NCBI GenBank assembly: GCA_965243105.1
Contig: CBDEUC010000003.1
Span: forward strand, 2,088,370 to 2,152,369
Direction: 5' to 3'
DNA: 64,000 nucleotides
DNA from: Gammaproteobacteria bacterium
GTDB lineage: Bacteria > Pseudomonadota > Gammaproteobacteria > Eutrophobiales > Eutrophobiaceae
Of this stretch, positions 27,051-36,453 are shown in pieces (positions within the stretch are counted from its first letter, which is position 1; each line of letters starts with the position of its first letter). The notes under the pieces were generated by a model, which made no database searches, was not told the DNA's origin, and was given only the letters and a program-made list of their open reading frames with translations. Position numbers and translations under genes: made by a program.

Positions 27051-29465
27051 TTAGCGCATCTGGCTTTGCTGAATCGCCATGCTGGCCTGGTTTCTCAGTG
27101 TTTTGAAGAAACCAAGCGCATCCATGGAGATGTTCGTCGATGCATCATCCGTATCGGCGTAAATGACGCCGATACAGCGGTTTTTCAAAAATATCGGGTA
27201 CAGCACAACGGTGTGGGGCGCGGTCAGCTTCCTGAGCCAGTAGGGAATGCGATCGCGGTATTCGCTGGAATTACTGTCCAGCACGATAAAGTCCCGGTTC
27301 CGCGTCACCGCCACGCTGACAATGTCATCCGATGATTCTATTCGCCCTCGAAATTTGCCAGCGATCTCATCGATTTGCTTGCCCAGCCCGAACCTGCCGA
27401 CAACCTGGTTATTGCGCCTGTCATAGATACAGAAGAGCACGCGGGTGAAGCCCATACCGGTATAGATATTTTCCAGGATCATGGCGAGCACATCGTTGAG
27501 CTTGAATTCACCGAGCATGACCTCGGTGATCTCCGCGATACCTCTTACCAGCGCATCCTTGTCGCCCACGCTGGGCGCCTGCGCCGTGGTCGTGCCCTGG
27601 CTTGCCTGGACCACCGCGGTTTCATCCTGTCCTGCATGGGCGGTTTCCCCGGTGGCTGGCATGGGCACCTGGGTAATGGTTGCATCTGCATCGGGAAAGA
27701 TTTCCACGTCACTGATGTCTATGTTCAGCGCCTTGCTGAATTCCTTCATTTCCTTTTTTGAGGATTTAACCAGGCTCCTGATATCTTCCTTCTTGATACC
27801 GATGGATTTTCCATACCTCTCCGTCAGTACTTCTATCGCCTCGTCGTTATCTTCCCTGCCATTCATGCCCAGTTCACAAAGCTCGTTTGAAAAGCAGGCG
27901 AGGTGGGAAATGCGCGTATCGAGGTTTTTTGCCTCGCCAACGGGACCTTCAGGCAGGCGCTTCATACTGTTTACGATGACATCAGGTAATTGCCACTCCC
28001 TCGCGATAGCCATGCCGAGGTCATCGTAGGAGACACCGAGGACTGCCAGCGCGGCCTGTGCCTCTTCCATGCCCTTGTTATTTACCAGTCCCTTTATCTC
28101 GCCGTATTCCTCCGGGAAATAGTAAATAGCCAGCTGTTTGCCGAGCTTGTGAAACATGGCGGCAACAAAAGACGTTTCGACATCATCGTTATCAATGTCG
28201 CCCATGAGCTCAGCCTGTTCACGGGATATGATCCCACTCATCAGGGCACCGCACGCAGCCCCTTTTAATTCTGTTGCCTGCTTATTGTTCTGCAGGTGTT
28301 CAAACAGGATGATGCTGAGCGCCGCTGCCCGCACCTGCTCAAAGCCGAGAATAATCACGGCACGGGAAATAGTCGTTATTTCTCCACCGAATTGACCGTA
28401 AAAGGACGCATTAACAAGACGCAGCAGCTTGGTAGTCAGTGCATAGTCCTTGAGTATGATGTTGGCGAGCTCTGAGGCTGAGGAGTTCGTGTCGTGGGAT
28501 GAACGACGGGTTATCTGCGTAATATTGGTAGATATTGCGGGAAAATCCTGCTTGCGCTGCATGCGCCTGAGTAGAAAATCAACCGTGCCGAGGCCGGCAC
28601 TACCACCCTCATCAACAGCGATGCCGGGGTTCTCGGGCTTTGCATAGCTGTCCAGTTCTGCTTTCATTGTCACCGCGGATTCAAAACGCTGCGAGGTGTC
28701 TTTTTGCAGGGCGCCCATGACTATTTCATCCAGCTTCTTTTCAATAGATTTTTCCCGGCTCGATGGTGGCAATATGTTTTCGTTGGTTATCTTGAACATC
28801 ACTGCCATGCTGTTATCCGCGCTGAAGACCTGGTGAGCGGTTAACATTTCATAAAGAATCAGGCCAATGGCAAAGATATCAACGGAAGGTCCAAGCTCCC
28901 CGTTGGAAATTTGTTCCGGCGCCATGTAGTTGACCGTGCCTATTACATCACTGGTTCTCGATTCCGTATCAAGCATGATGGAGATGCCAAAATCCATGAT
29001 ATGCGGCACGTTCTTTGAATCGATCATGATATTGGCCGGGTTGAGATCCCTGTGCACGATACCGTTGCGATGGGCGTAACCCATCGCATCAAGCAGCTGG
29101 CGCGTGATATCCACGGCTTCGAGAGCTTTCAATCGCCCGTTACGTTTCAGCATGTCCCTGAGGGATTCGCCCTCGCACAGCTGGTAAACAAGGTAGGGAT
29201 TATTTTTCTCGACCCCGATCTCGTAGATTGGAATGATATTGAGATGTTCAAGCTTGCTGACATTGCGCGCTTCCTGGATCAGCTGGCTGTGATCGCTGCG
29301 ATGCTTGTCCAGGGTCTTGATTGCCACCTGCCTGTCCAGTTGCGGATCGTGGGCCAGGTAGACCACGCCCTGCGATCCTTTTCCAAGACAGCTCAGAACT
29401 TCAAATCGACCGATAGATTCGGGTAATTGTGCTGCCTGCAGGCTCGCTGATAACGTGGCGCTCAT
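27051..29465 (-). CDS. multidomain signalling protein: Hanks-type Ser/Thr protein kinase + HDOD domain + C-terminal GAF domain
   Basis: The N-terminus has kinase subdomains: GKGSQGVVYLA…VAIK, HRDLNPANIM, DFG, APE. The middle has an HDOD-like region (…ITQITRRSSHDTNSSASELANIILKDYALTTKLLRLVNASFYG…). The C-terminus is a GAF-like domain. 804 aa. Confidence 0.8.
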   Translation of the reverse strand: MSATLSASLQAAQLPESIGRFEVLSCLGKGSQGVVYLAHDPQLDRQVAIKTLDKHRSDHSQLIQEARNVSKLEHLNIIPIYEIGVEKNNPYLVYQLCEGESLRDMLKRNGRLKALEAVDITRQLLDAMGYAHRNGIVHRDLNPANIMIDSKNVPHIMDFGISIMLDTESRTSDVIGTVNYMAPEQISNGELGPSVDIFAIGLILYEMLTAHQVFSADNSMAVMFKITNENILPPSSREKSIEKKLDEIVMGALQKDTSQRFESAVTMKAELDSYAKPENPGIAVDEGGSAGLGTVDFLLRRMQRKQDFPAISTNITQITRRSSHDTNSSASELANIILKDYALTTKLLRLVNASFYGQFGGEITTISRAVIILGFEQVRAAALSIILFEHLQNNKQATELKGAACGALMSGIISREQAELMGDIDNDDVETSFVAAMFHKLGKQLAIYYFPEEYGEIKGLVNNKGMEEAQAALAVLGVSYDDLGMAIAREWQLPDVIVNSMKRLPEGPVGEAKNLDTRISHLACFSNELCELGMNGREDNDEAIEVLTERYGKSIGIKKEDIRSLVKSSKKEMKEFSKALNIDISDVEIFPDADATITQVPMPATGETAHAGQDETAVVQASQGTTTAQAPSVGDKDALVRGIAEITEVMLGEFKLNDVLAMILENIYTGMGFTRVLFCIYDRRNNQVVGRFGLGKQIDEIAGKFRGRIESSDDIVSVAVTRNRDFIVLDSNSSEYRDRIPYWLRKLTAPHTVVLYPIFLKNRCIGVIYADTDDASTNISMDALGFFKTLRNQASMAIQQSQMR

Positions 29466-29660
29466 GGATTTTTTAACTCTGTAATGCTTTCCCGGTATTC
29501 GTTTTGGCAGGTAGATTTACGCATGCTAAATCACCGTAATATCTATAGAATATAGCGACCGTTCCGGCCCGATCTTAAGTACGAAAAAGGCCGTGAAAAC
29601 AGGCTTCAGGAGTATGGGGGAAGCCGTAAATAACTAAAAAATAAAGAAACAGGAATATTT

Positions 29661-31061
29661 ATGGCTACTAACAGAACGTCAATTCATGGTCAGTGGTCTT
29701 CCCGCTGGGCATTTATCCTGGCTGCCACCGGCTCGGCCGTCGGTCTCGGCAATATCTGGCGATTTCCTTACCTCACCGGTGAAAACGGCGGGGGAATATT
29801 TGTCCTGTTGTACCTAGTGTGCGTATTGCTCGTTGGCATACCTATCCTCATCGCGGAAATCATGCTTGGTCGGCGCGGCAGGCAAAGCCCGATCAATACC
29901 ATGAAAGCACTGGCATCGGATGAAAACCGCAGCCAGGGTTGGCAGGTCATCGGCTGGATTGGAATGTTGACCGGGTTTCTTATCATTTCGTTTTACAGCG
30001 TGATCGCAGGCTGGACGCTCGCTTACATCGTCAGGACTGCCAGCGGGTCATTTGTGGGTGCTGAAGCCTCGGTGGTAACGAGTACCTTTAACGAACTTAT
30101 CAGTGACCCGGAAAGACTTCTCGCCTGGCACACGATTTTCATGATGATGGTTATCATTGTTGTCTCTCGAGGTGTGAAAAGCGGTCTTGAGACCGCGGTC
30201 AAGTACCTCATGCCGGCACTCTTTATTTTGCTCCTTGTAATGGTGGGCTACGCCATGACGACAGAGAAATTCATGGAAGGAATGCGCTACCTCTTTGTGC
30301 CTGATTTTGACGTGATCAGGCAGAAAATACAGGATGGCCAGTTTTTTGGTGACGTTGTGCTTAACGCCCTGGGCCAGGCGTTTTTCAGTCTTAGTCTTGG
30401 CATGGGAGCGATCATGGTCTACGGCTCTTACCTGTCATCACAGTCATCCATTCCACGAACGGCAGTCATCATTGCCCTGGCCGACACCAGCGTGGCACTG
30501 CTGGCCGGTATTGCCATCTTCCCGGTAGTTTTCACATTCGGCATGGAGCCTTCAAGCGGCCCGGGCCTGATATTCGTCACCCTGACCGTGGCATTTGGAC
30601 AAATGGATGGTGGCGCATTTTTTGGCACCCTGTTTTTTTTCCTGTTGATGTTTGCCGCGTGGACTTCGGGAATTTCCATTCTTGAACCCGCGGTGGCGTG
30701 GCTGGTGGAGTATCGCAACATGACGCGAGTACGTGCTGCAGCTTTTGCCGGTTTTGGCGCCTGGTTACTGGGTGTGGGCACGGTGTTATCGTTTAACCAC
30801 TGGGCCTTTAGTTTTACCTTTGCCGGGCAGGAAAAAACATCAGGGCTTTTTGATGTGTTCGATACCCTGACGGCAAATGTGCTGCTACCGGTGGGAGGAT
30901 TGTTGATTGCTATTTTCGCCGCGTGGATCCTGTCCCGGGATGCCGCTGCCGAAGAGCTGGGTATAAGTGACAGGGTTTTTGCCGCCTGGCAGTTTGCAGC
31001 ACGATTTATCGCGCCGGCCGGCGTCATCCTGATTTTCCTGAATGCAATTGGCGTAGTTTAA
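29661..31061 (+). CDS. sodium-dependent transporter, NSS (SNF) family
   Basis: WSSRWAFILAATGSAVGLGNIWRFPYLTGENGGG is the NSS signature. 466 aa, about 12 TM segments. Confidence 0.88.
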   Translation: MATNRTSIHGQWSSRWAFILAATGSAVGLGNIWRFPYLTGENGGGIFVLLYLVCVLLVGIPILIAEIMLGRRGRQSPINTMKALASDENRSQGWQVIGWIGMLTGFLIISFYSVIAGWTLAYIVRTASGSFVGAEASVVTSTFNELISDPERLLAWHTIFMMMVIIVVSRGVKSGLETAVKYLMPALFILLLVMVGYAMTTEKFMEGMRYLFVPDFDVIRQKIQDGQFFGDVVLNALGQAFFSLSLGMGAIMVYGSYLSSQSSIPRTAVIIALADTSVALLAGIAIFPVVFTFGMEPSSGPGLIFVTLTVAFGQMDGGAFFGTLFFFLLMFAAWTSGISILEPAVAWLVEYRNMTRVRAAAFAGFGAWLLGVGTVLSFNHWAFSFTFAGQEKTSGLFDVFDTLTANVLLPVGGLLIAIFAAWILSRDAAAEELGISDRVFAAWQFAARFIAPAGVILIFLNAIGVV

Positions 31062-31089
31062 GCGCCGCAGTCTTGTTGGAGAGCATTTA

Positions 31090-31527
31090 GTGGAGTCCAT
31101 TACAAAGTCAGTGGTGGTGCCGTATACCGCGGAGCAGATGTATGAACTCGTCAATAATGTAAGTGCTTATCCCGAATTTTTACCCTGGTGCAGTGCTTCA
31201 CAGGTTCATGAGCAAAATGAACACTACATGAAGGCCTCGGTTTCACTTGCCTCCGGTGCGGTGAAGCAGACCTTTACCACCGCAAATACCTTGACGCCGG
31301 GAGAAAGAATAGAGGTGGCACTGGTGTCAGGCCCCTTTAAGCAGCTCAATGGATACTGGTCTTTTGAACAAGCCGGTGACGACATGAGCAAGATCGATTT
31401 CAGGATGAGCTACGAATATAAAAACCGGATCATCAAGCTTGCGCTCAACAAAATATTTACTCGCATCGGTGATACGCTCGTCAGCAGCTTCGTAGAGCGT
31501 GCACACAAGCTGTATGGACAGAAGTAA
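31090..31527 (+). CDS. ratA: SRPBCC-fold ribosome-association toxin RatA (YfjG) family
   Basis: 145-aa protein with a GTG start and YPEFLPWC, a motif conserved in RatA/YfjG-family proteins. It is followed by an overlapping rnfH, the conserved ratA-rnfH pairing near smpB. Confidence 0.8.
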   Translation: MESITKSVVVPYTAEQMYELVNNVSAYPEFLPWCSASQVHEQNEHYMKASVSLASGAVKQTFTTANTLTPGERIEVALVSGPFKQLNGYWSFEQAGDDMSKIDFRMSYEYKNRIIKLALNKIFTRIGDTLVSSFVERAHKLYGQK

Positions 31528-31861
31528 GCCGGTGATAACGATCGAAGTTGCCTACGTGAGAGAGGGTTGTTCCTACCTGCTGCCTGTCACACTTTCCCAA
31601 GCCGAGACGGTAAGGGAAGTGATAGACAGGTCGGGTGTCCTGCAGCAATGCCCGGAAATTGACCTGCTGACAAACAAGGTCGGAATTCATGGAAAGGTAT
31701 GTGCACTGGATGACATGGTTGTCGATGGAAATCGAATAGAAATTTATCGACCCCTGCGGGCAGACCCAAAGGACAGCAGGCGCAGGCGAGCAGAGAAACA
31801 AAAAAAATCTGCCCGGCCTCCAGGTCCCGCAGGGGAAGCATCCACGAAGCTTCGAAACTGA
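31514..31861 (+). CDS. rnfH: RnfH-family ubiquitin-like protein (YfjF/UPF0125)
   Basis: MDRSKPVITIEVAYVREG…IEIYRPLRADPKD is the RnfH fold. The start is taken at ATG 31514, which overlaps the ratA 3' end. Confidence 0.75.
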   Translation: MDRSKPVITIEVAYVREGCSYLLPVTLSQAETVREVIDRSGVLQQCPEIDLLTNKVGIHGKVCALDDMVVDGNRIEIYRPLRADPKDSRRRRAEKQKKSARPPGPAGEASTKLRN

Positions 31862-31877
31862 AGAGTGTTGGGCCTGC

Positions 31878-32849
31878 ATGCCACGATTTATTCTTATCCC
31901 TTTAATCCTGCTGGTTTTATGTGGCCTGTCACTGGGATACTCCCTGGCCAGCGGTAGTATTGATATCAGCCTCGGGGAACTTGTTTCAATCCTCCTTGGA
32001 GACAGGGACAGTCACAATGCCCGCGTTGTGATGGAACTCAGGTTACCGCGGGTTATCTCGGGCTTCGTGGTTGGTGGCCTGCTTGCCCTTGCCGGGGCAC
32101 TGATGCAGGTATTGCTAAAGAACCCACTTGCGGAGCCCTACGTACTGGGCGTATCCGGTGGCGCGTCTGTTTTTGCACTTGTTACCATGATGCTGGGTGT
32201 TGCCGGTGCGTGGTTGAATATCTCTGCCGCAGTTGGTGCACTGTTCTCGATTTTCCTTGTGTTTGGCCTGGCCCAGTCTGCGCGTAACTGGAACCCGCTC
32301 AGGGTGTTGTTAACGGGTGTAGTCGTTGCAGCCGGGTGGGGGGCGCTGGTGAGTTTTCTATTGGCCACGAGTCGTGCATCACAGTTGCATGGCATGTTGT
32401 TCTGGCTAATGGGTGACCTGGAATATGCCCGCAGCTATCACCTCGCTGGTGTGACCCTGCTGGCAGGTACACTCATTAGCATGGCAATGGCGAGGGGACT
32501 AAATTTACTTGCCATGGGTGAGGACCAGGCCTTGACCCTGGGAGTCAATGTAAGCCAGCTACGCTACCTGGTTTATTTCCTCGCCTCGCTGCTCACTGCC
32601 GTGGCAGTAACCCAGGCCGGGAACATCGGCTTTGTTGGTTTAATCGTGCCGCACCTGGTTCGCCTGCTGATCGGTAGTGACCACCGGATTCTTTTACCCG
32701 TTGCAGTGCTGGCAGGCGGTTGCCTGCTTGTCGTTGCTGATGGGCTTGCGAGAACCATAATTGCACCTGAGCAACTTCCAGTCGGGGTATTAACGGCCAT
32801 GATAGGCGTACCGCTTTTCCTGGTTCTTCTACACAGGATGACGAGATGA
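31878..32849 (+). CDS. ABC transporter permease, FecCD/BtuC family
   Basis: 323-aa protein with the FecCD signature region (…RLPRVISGFVVGGLLALAGALMQVLLKNPLAEPYVLGVSGGAS…). Confidence 0.85.
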   Translation: MPRFILIPLILLVLCGLSLGYSLASGSIDISLGELVSILLGDRDSHNARVVMELRLPRVISGFVVGGLLALAGALMQVLLKNPLAEPYVLGVSGGASVFALVTMMLGVAGAWLNISAAVGALFSIFLVFGLAQSARNWNPLRVLLTGVVVAAGWGALVSFLLATSRASQLHGMLFWLMGDLEYARSYHLAGVTLLAGTLISMAMARGLNLLAMGEDQALTLGVNVSQLRYLVYFLASLLTAVAVTQAGNIGFVGLIVPHLVRLLIGSDHRILLPVAVLAGGCLLVVADGLARTIIAPEQLPVGVLTAMIGVPLFLVLLHRMTR

Positions 32850-33625
32850 ACGCCAGCCCGGAGCTACTTCAAACCCGCTCATTGCGCGTGGATATTGCCG
32901 GCCGCACAATTTGCGATCAGTTGAATTTCAAGCTGAAGCGGGGAGAGTGCTGGGGAATACTGGGTGGTAATGGCATCGGCAAGACAACCCTGCTTAGAAC
33001 CCTGGCCGGCTTACGTTCCGACTGGCACGGGGAAATCCTGGTCGAAGGACAGGATCTGCGTCGATGGAAGCGTAAACCGCTGGCCCAACGCCTGGGCATG
33101 CTATTCCAGGACAGCATGGATGTCTTTCCTGTCACGGTGCTGGAGACCGTATTATCGGGGCGTTATCCATACATCCCGGCTTTTGCCATGGAAGGAAAGG
33201 AAGACAGGAAAATTGCCATGCAGGCACTTTCGGCAGTGGAACTTGACCAGATGCAGCACAGGCAGGTTGACTCCCTGTCAGGTGGAGAAAGAAGACGACT
33301 GGCTATAGCAACGCTCATCGTGCAGGACCCGGATATCTGGCTACTTGATGAGCCGACCAACCATCTTGATTTACATCACCAGGTCACCCTGCTTGAGCAG
33401 GTGTTGCAAAGGGTGAGTGAACACAATGGTGCGGTGATGATGGTGATGCACGACATCAACCTGCTGACTCGTTTTTGTAGCCACGCGATGCTGATGGTTA
33501 ATCAGGAAAATATTATATGCGGTGACCTTGATACGGTTTTAACCACGGAGAACCTGAGTGCCCTGTACAGGCACCCGGTAAAGAGAATAACGCAGGGGAA
33601 TGATGCGTTTTTTTACCCGGCCTGA
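32846..33625 (+). CDS. ABC transporter ATP-binding protein, FecE/BtuD-like
   Basis: Walker A GGNGIGKTT, signature LSGGERRR, Walker B IWLLDEPT. It overlaps the permease stop by 4 nt. Confidence 0.88.
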   Translation: MNASPELLQTRSLRVDIAGRTICDQLNFKLKRGECWGILGGNGIGKTTLLRTLAGLRSDWHGEILVEGQDLRRWKRKPLAQRLGMLFQDSMDVFPVTVLETVLSGRYPYIPAFAMEGKEDRKIAMQALSAVELDQMQHRQVDSLSGGERRRLAIATLIVQDPDIWLLDEPTNHLDLHHQVTLLEQVLQRVSEHNGAVMMVMHDINLLTRFCSHAMLMVNQENIICGDLDTVLTTENLSALYRHPVKRITQGNDAFFYPA

Positions 33626-33634
33626 AAACCGGGT

Positions 33635-34210
33635 CTACGGCGTTTCAGCGACTTCTTCCACGCTTTCGTCGCTAGCGGCTGTATCTTCTTCCTCATCTTC
33701 CTTGTAGGTGTCGTCATTTTCGTCGGACTTTTCTATGCGCTTTGGTTCGTCGTCACCGACAAAGGGAATAACATTAACAAGCTTGCTGAAAAAGCCTTCT
33801 TTCTTTCTTTTTGACCTGTCTGGAACATCGACGGTCTTTCTTTCCTTGCGATAATTCTCGGGTGGCTTTCGAATACCCTGCACAATACTGCCGTCCAGGT
33901 AGGCAAGCTTGTCGTCCTCAAAAAATATGGTGATATGGCGCTGCTGTCGTCTTTTGCCGCCTTTTGAAAATGTGTAGATGTATTCCCACCGGTCCTGGCG
34001 AAAAGGGTCCACGATGGTTGGTGTCCCCATGATGAAATGCACCTGGTCCTTGGCCATACCGGGTTTTAGTTTATCCAGCATCTCCTGCTCGATAACATTT
34101 CCCTGCTGAATATCGATACGATAGACACCCGGCAGTTTTCGCGTGCCTTCCCCGCTACAGCCCTGAAGAGCGACAAGAAAAATGGTGAGAAAAATAAAAC
34201 GATTAGACAT
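33635..34210 (-). CDS. bamE: outer-membrane assembly lipoprotein BamE (SmpA/OmlA) with an extended acidic C-terminal tail
   Basis: Signal peptide plus lipobox LQGCS, then the BamE core (…LKPGMAKDQVHFIMGTPTIVDPF…WEYIY…). It carries about 70 extra C-terminal residues rich in D/E/K. It is divergent from fur, as in Pseudomonas omlA-fur. Confidence 0.8.
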   Translation of the reverse strand: MSNRFIFLTIFLVALQGCSGEGTRKLPGVYRIDIQQGNVIEQEMLDKLKPGMAKDQVHFIMGTPTIVDPFRQDRWEYIYTFSKGGKRRQQRHITIFFEDDKLAYLDGSIVQGIRKPPENYRKERKTVDVPDRSKRKKEGFFSKLVNVIPFVGDDEPKRIEKSDENDDTYKEDEEEDTAASDESVEEVAETP

Positions 34211-34379
34211 ATCAACAACTTAATTCTGTTACCTTGATTCACTATTGTAGCCCAACATATGAATAATCACACCTTCCTTTGAAAGTGGTGCGACAGGGGT
34301 TGCGCTATTGGTTATACTTTTTACCTTCAATGCCCGGCTCGTACCGGGGCCAACAAAAGCAGGATAATCGTAAGACAAG

Positions 34380-34781
34380 ATGCAACCCAGCGAGTTAAAA
34401 CAGGCAGGCCTCAAGGCGACATTGCCGCGAATTCGAATTCTCGAGATTCTCGAGGCTTCGGACCAGAAACACATGAGCGCGGAGGATGTTTACAAGGCCC
34501 TGATAGGGGCTGGAGAAGATGTTGGCCTGGCGACTGTGTATCGCGTTCTCACGCAGTTTGAAACCGCCAACCTCGTCAAGCGTCACAACTTCGATTCAGG
34601 TCACTCAGTTTTTGAGCTGGATAAAGGCGAACATCATGACCACATGGTTTGCCTGGAAACAGACAAGGTTATCGAGTTTCATAATGAAGAGATTGAACAA
34701 CTTCAAAAGAAGATAGCGGAAGAGCATGGCTACCAGTTACAGGACCATAGCCTTGTTCTCTACGTGACCCCCAAAAAGTAG
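34380..34781 (+). CDS. fur: ferric uptake regulator
   Basis: 133-aa protein LKATLPRIRILEILE…MSAEDVYKAL…ATVYRVLTQFE…HHDHMVCL, canonical Fur. Confidence 0.93.
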   Translation: MQPSELKQAGLKATLPRIRILEILEASDQKHMSAEDVYKALIGAGEDVGLATVYRVLTQFETANLVKRHNFDSGHSVFELDKGEHHDHMVCLETDKVIEFHNEEIEQLQKKIAEEHGYQLQDHSLVLYVTPKK

Positions 34782-34785
34782 CGAA

Positions 34786-36450
34786 TCAGTGTAGTAGCAT
34801 TTCCCTGGCGTGTTCACGGCTTTGTTCGGTGATCTGTATTCCACCAAGCATACGCGCGATTTCTTCAATTCGTTCACTTTCGTCCAGTTCTGAAACTTCA
34901 GTCACGGTGCTGTCTGCAGAACTGGATTTTTGCACCTGCAGGTGGTTATTGGCGAGTGACGCAACCTGCGCAAGATGGGTGACACAAAATACCTGGTGAC
35001 GTGGCGCCAGGCTTTGCAACAGCTTGCCGACAATTTCCGCAGTAGCTCCGCCTATTCCTGCATCAACTTCGTCAAAGACCAGCGTCGGGATCAGCCTTGA
35101 ATTATTGCTGATAACCTGGATGGCCAGGCTGATACGGGATAACTCACCACCTGAGGCGACTTTACGAAGGGCCTGTGGGGCCTGCCCCGGGTTAGCAGAG
35201 ACCAGGAAATCGATGTCGTCACTTCCGTTTTGCAGGGGTTTCTCAATGGACAGTTTTTCAACGTTAACGACAAAACTGCTGCCGGGCATGCCCAGATCGG
35301 CAAGTGAGGCTGTCACGCTTGCTGATATTTTTTTGGCCGCCTTCAGCCTGCATTCATGTAATTCAGTAGAAGCCTGCCTGTACTCTTCCATGCAGGCGTC
35401 ACGCTTTTGCAGCAACTCTTCCAGCAGCCCTTCGCTTTGATTCAGCTGCGACAGCTGTTGCTGCAATTCCTGCAGTAGTTCGTAGACCTGGGATGATGGG
35501 ATGTCATGTTTCCTGGCCACGTCATGGAAACTACCAAGACGCTGCTCCACGTTTTGCAGGCGTTCGGGGTCACTATCCACCTGGTCAAGGTAGTGACGTA
35601 TTTCATCACCGGCTTCACTGAGCTGGATTACAGCGTTGTCGACCAACTCAACAGCGTTGGCCAGGCCTTCATCAAACTGCAGTGCCTCCTGTAAATCATT
35701 TACCGTGGCTGCCAGCATGTTCCCCGCGGAGTATTCATCCTCCCTGATGACCTGCAGGGATTTTTGCACCAGTTCGATAATACGGCTTGCATTATCCAGG
35801 CGCCGAAATTCATCATTCAGGGCTTCGTATTCATTTTCCTCGGGAGCCAGGTTTTCCAGTTCCTCTACCTGGTAAGCAAGCAGGTTTTGCCGCGCCCTGT
35901 GGTCTTCAGTATTACCACTGAGCTGGCTGATACTATCCTGTAGTTCATGCCATTCCCGGCAGGCCCTGTTGACCCGCTCCAGCTCACTGGCATGACCGCC
36001 GAAGTCATCCAGCAGGACTCGCTGCGCATCCCGCTTCATCAATGACTGGTGAGCATGTTGGCCATGGATATCTACGAGGTGTTCCCCGAGTTGACGCAGC
36101 AGGCTGGCCGGTACAGGCGTGCCATTAACAAAGGCACGAGAGCGCCCGTCACTGTTTACCACTCGTCGAAGCATCAGCTCGTTGTCCTCGAGGCTGATAG
36201 CCTGCTCCTCCAGCACTTCACGCAGCTCAGGGATATCAGGTGTATCAAAACTGGCGCTGATCTCCGTTCTCTCGCTGCCATCACGAATGATCCCGCTATC
36301 GGCACGATCTCCCAGTACCAGGCCAAGTGCATCGACCAGGATTGATTTGCCCGCGCCGGTTTCCCCGGTAAACACGGTCATGCCGTTTGAAAAACCCAGT
36401 TCCAGTTCTTCAATCACCGCGAGGTTGCGAATCATCAGCTGCTTAAGCAT
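34786..36450 (-). CDS. recN: DNA repair protein RecN
   Basis: 554-aa protein MLKQLMIRNLAVIEELELGF…FTGETGAGKSIL, an SMC-like coiled coil with a C-terminal signature. It is convergent with fur. Confidence 0.93.
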   Translation of the reverse strand: MLKQLMIRNLAVIEELELGFSNGMTVFTGETGAGKSILVDALGLVLGDRADSGIIRDGSERTEISASFDTPDIPELREVLEEQAISLEDNELMLRRVVNSDGRSRAFVNGTPVPASLLRQLGEHLVDIHGQHAHQSLMKRDAQRVLLDDFGGHASELERVNRACREWHELQDSISQLSGNTEDHRARQNLLAYQVEELENLAPEENEYEALNDEFRRLDNASRIIELVQKSLQVIREDEYSAGNMLAATVNDLQEALQFDEGLANAVELVDNAVIQLSEAGDEIRHYLDQVDSDPERLQNVEQRLGSFHDVARKHDIPSSQVYELLQELQQQLSQLNQSEGLLEELLQKRDACMEEYRQASTELHECRLKAAKKISASVTASLADLGMPGSSFVVNVEKLSIEKPLQNGSDDIDFLVSANPGQAPQALRKVASGGELSRISLAIQVISNNSRLIPTLVFDEVDAGIGGATAEIVGKLLQSLAPRHQVFCVTHLAQVASLANNHLQVQKSSSADSTVTEVSELDESERIEEIARMLGGIQITEQSREHAREMLLH

Positions 36451-36453
36451 GTA

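Noticed and set aside
30428-31027. 199-aa minus-strand ORF inside the NSS transporter gene
   Set aside because: It is antisense to a conserved 12-TM transporter, with Ala/Arg-rich translation typical of shadow ORFs.
34211-34379. Possible Fur boxes (GAATAATCA, GATAATCGTAA) in the bamE-fur intergenic region
   Set aside because: They are only half-site-level matches to the 19-bp GATAATGATAATCATTATC consensus, too weak to call without scoring.
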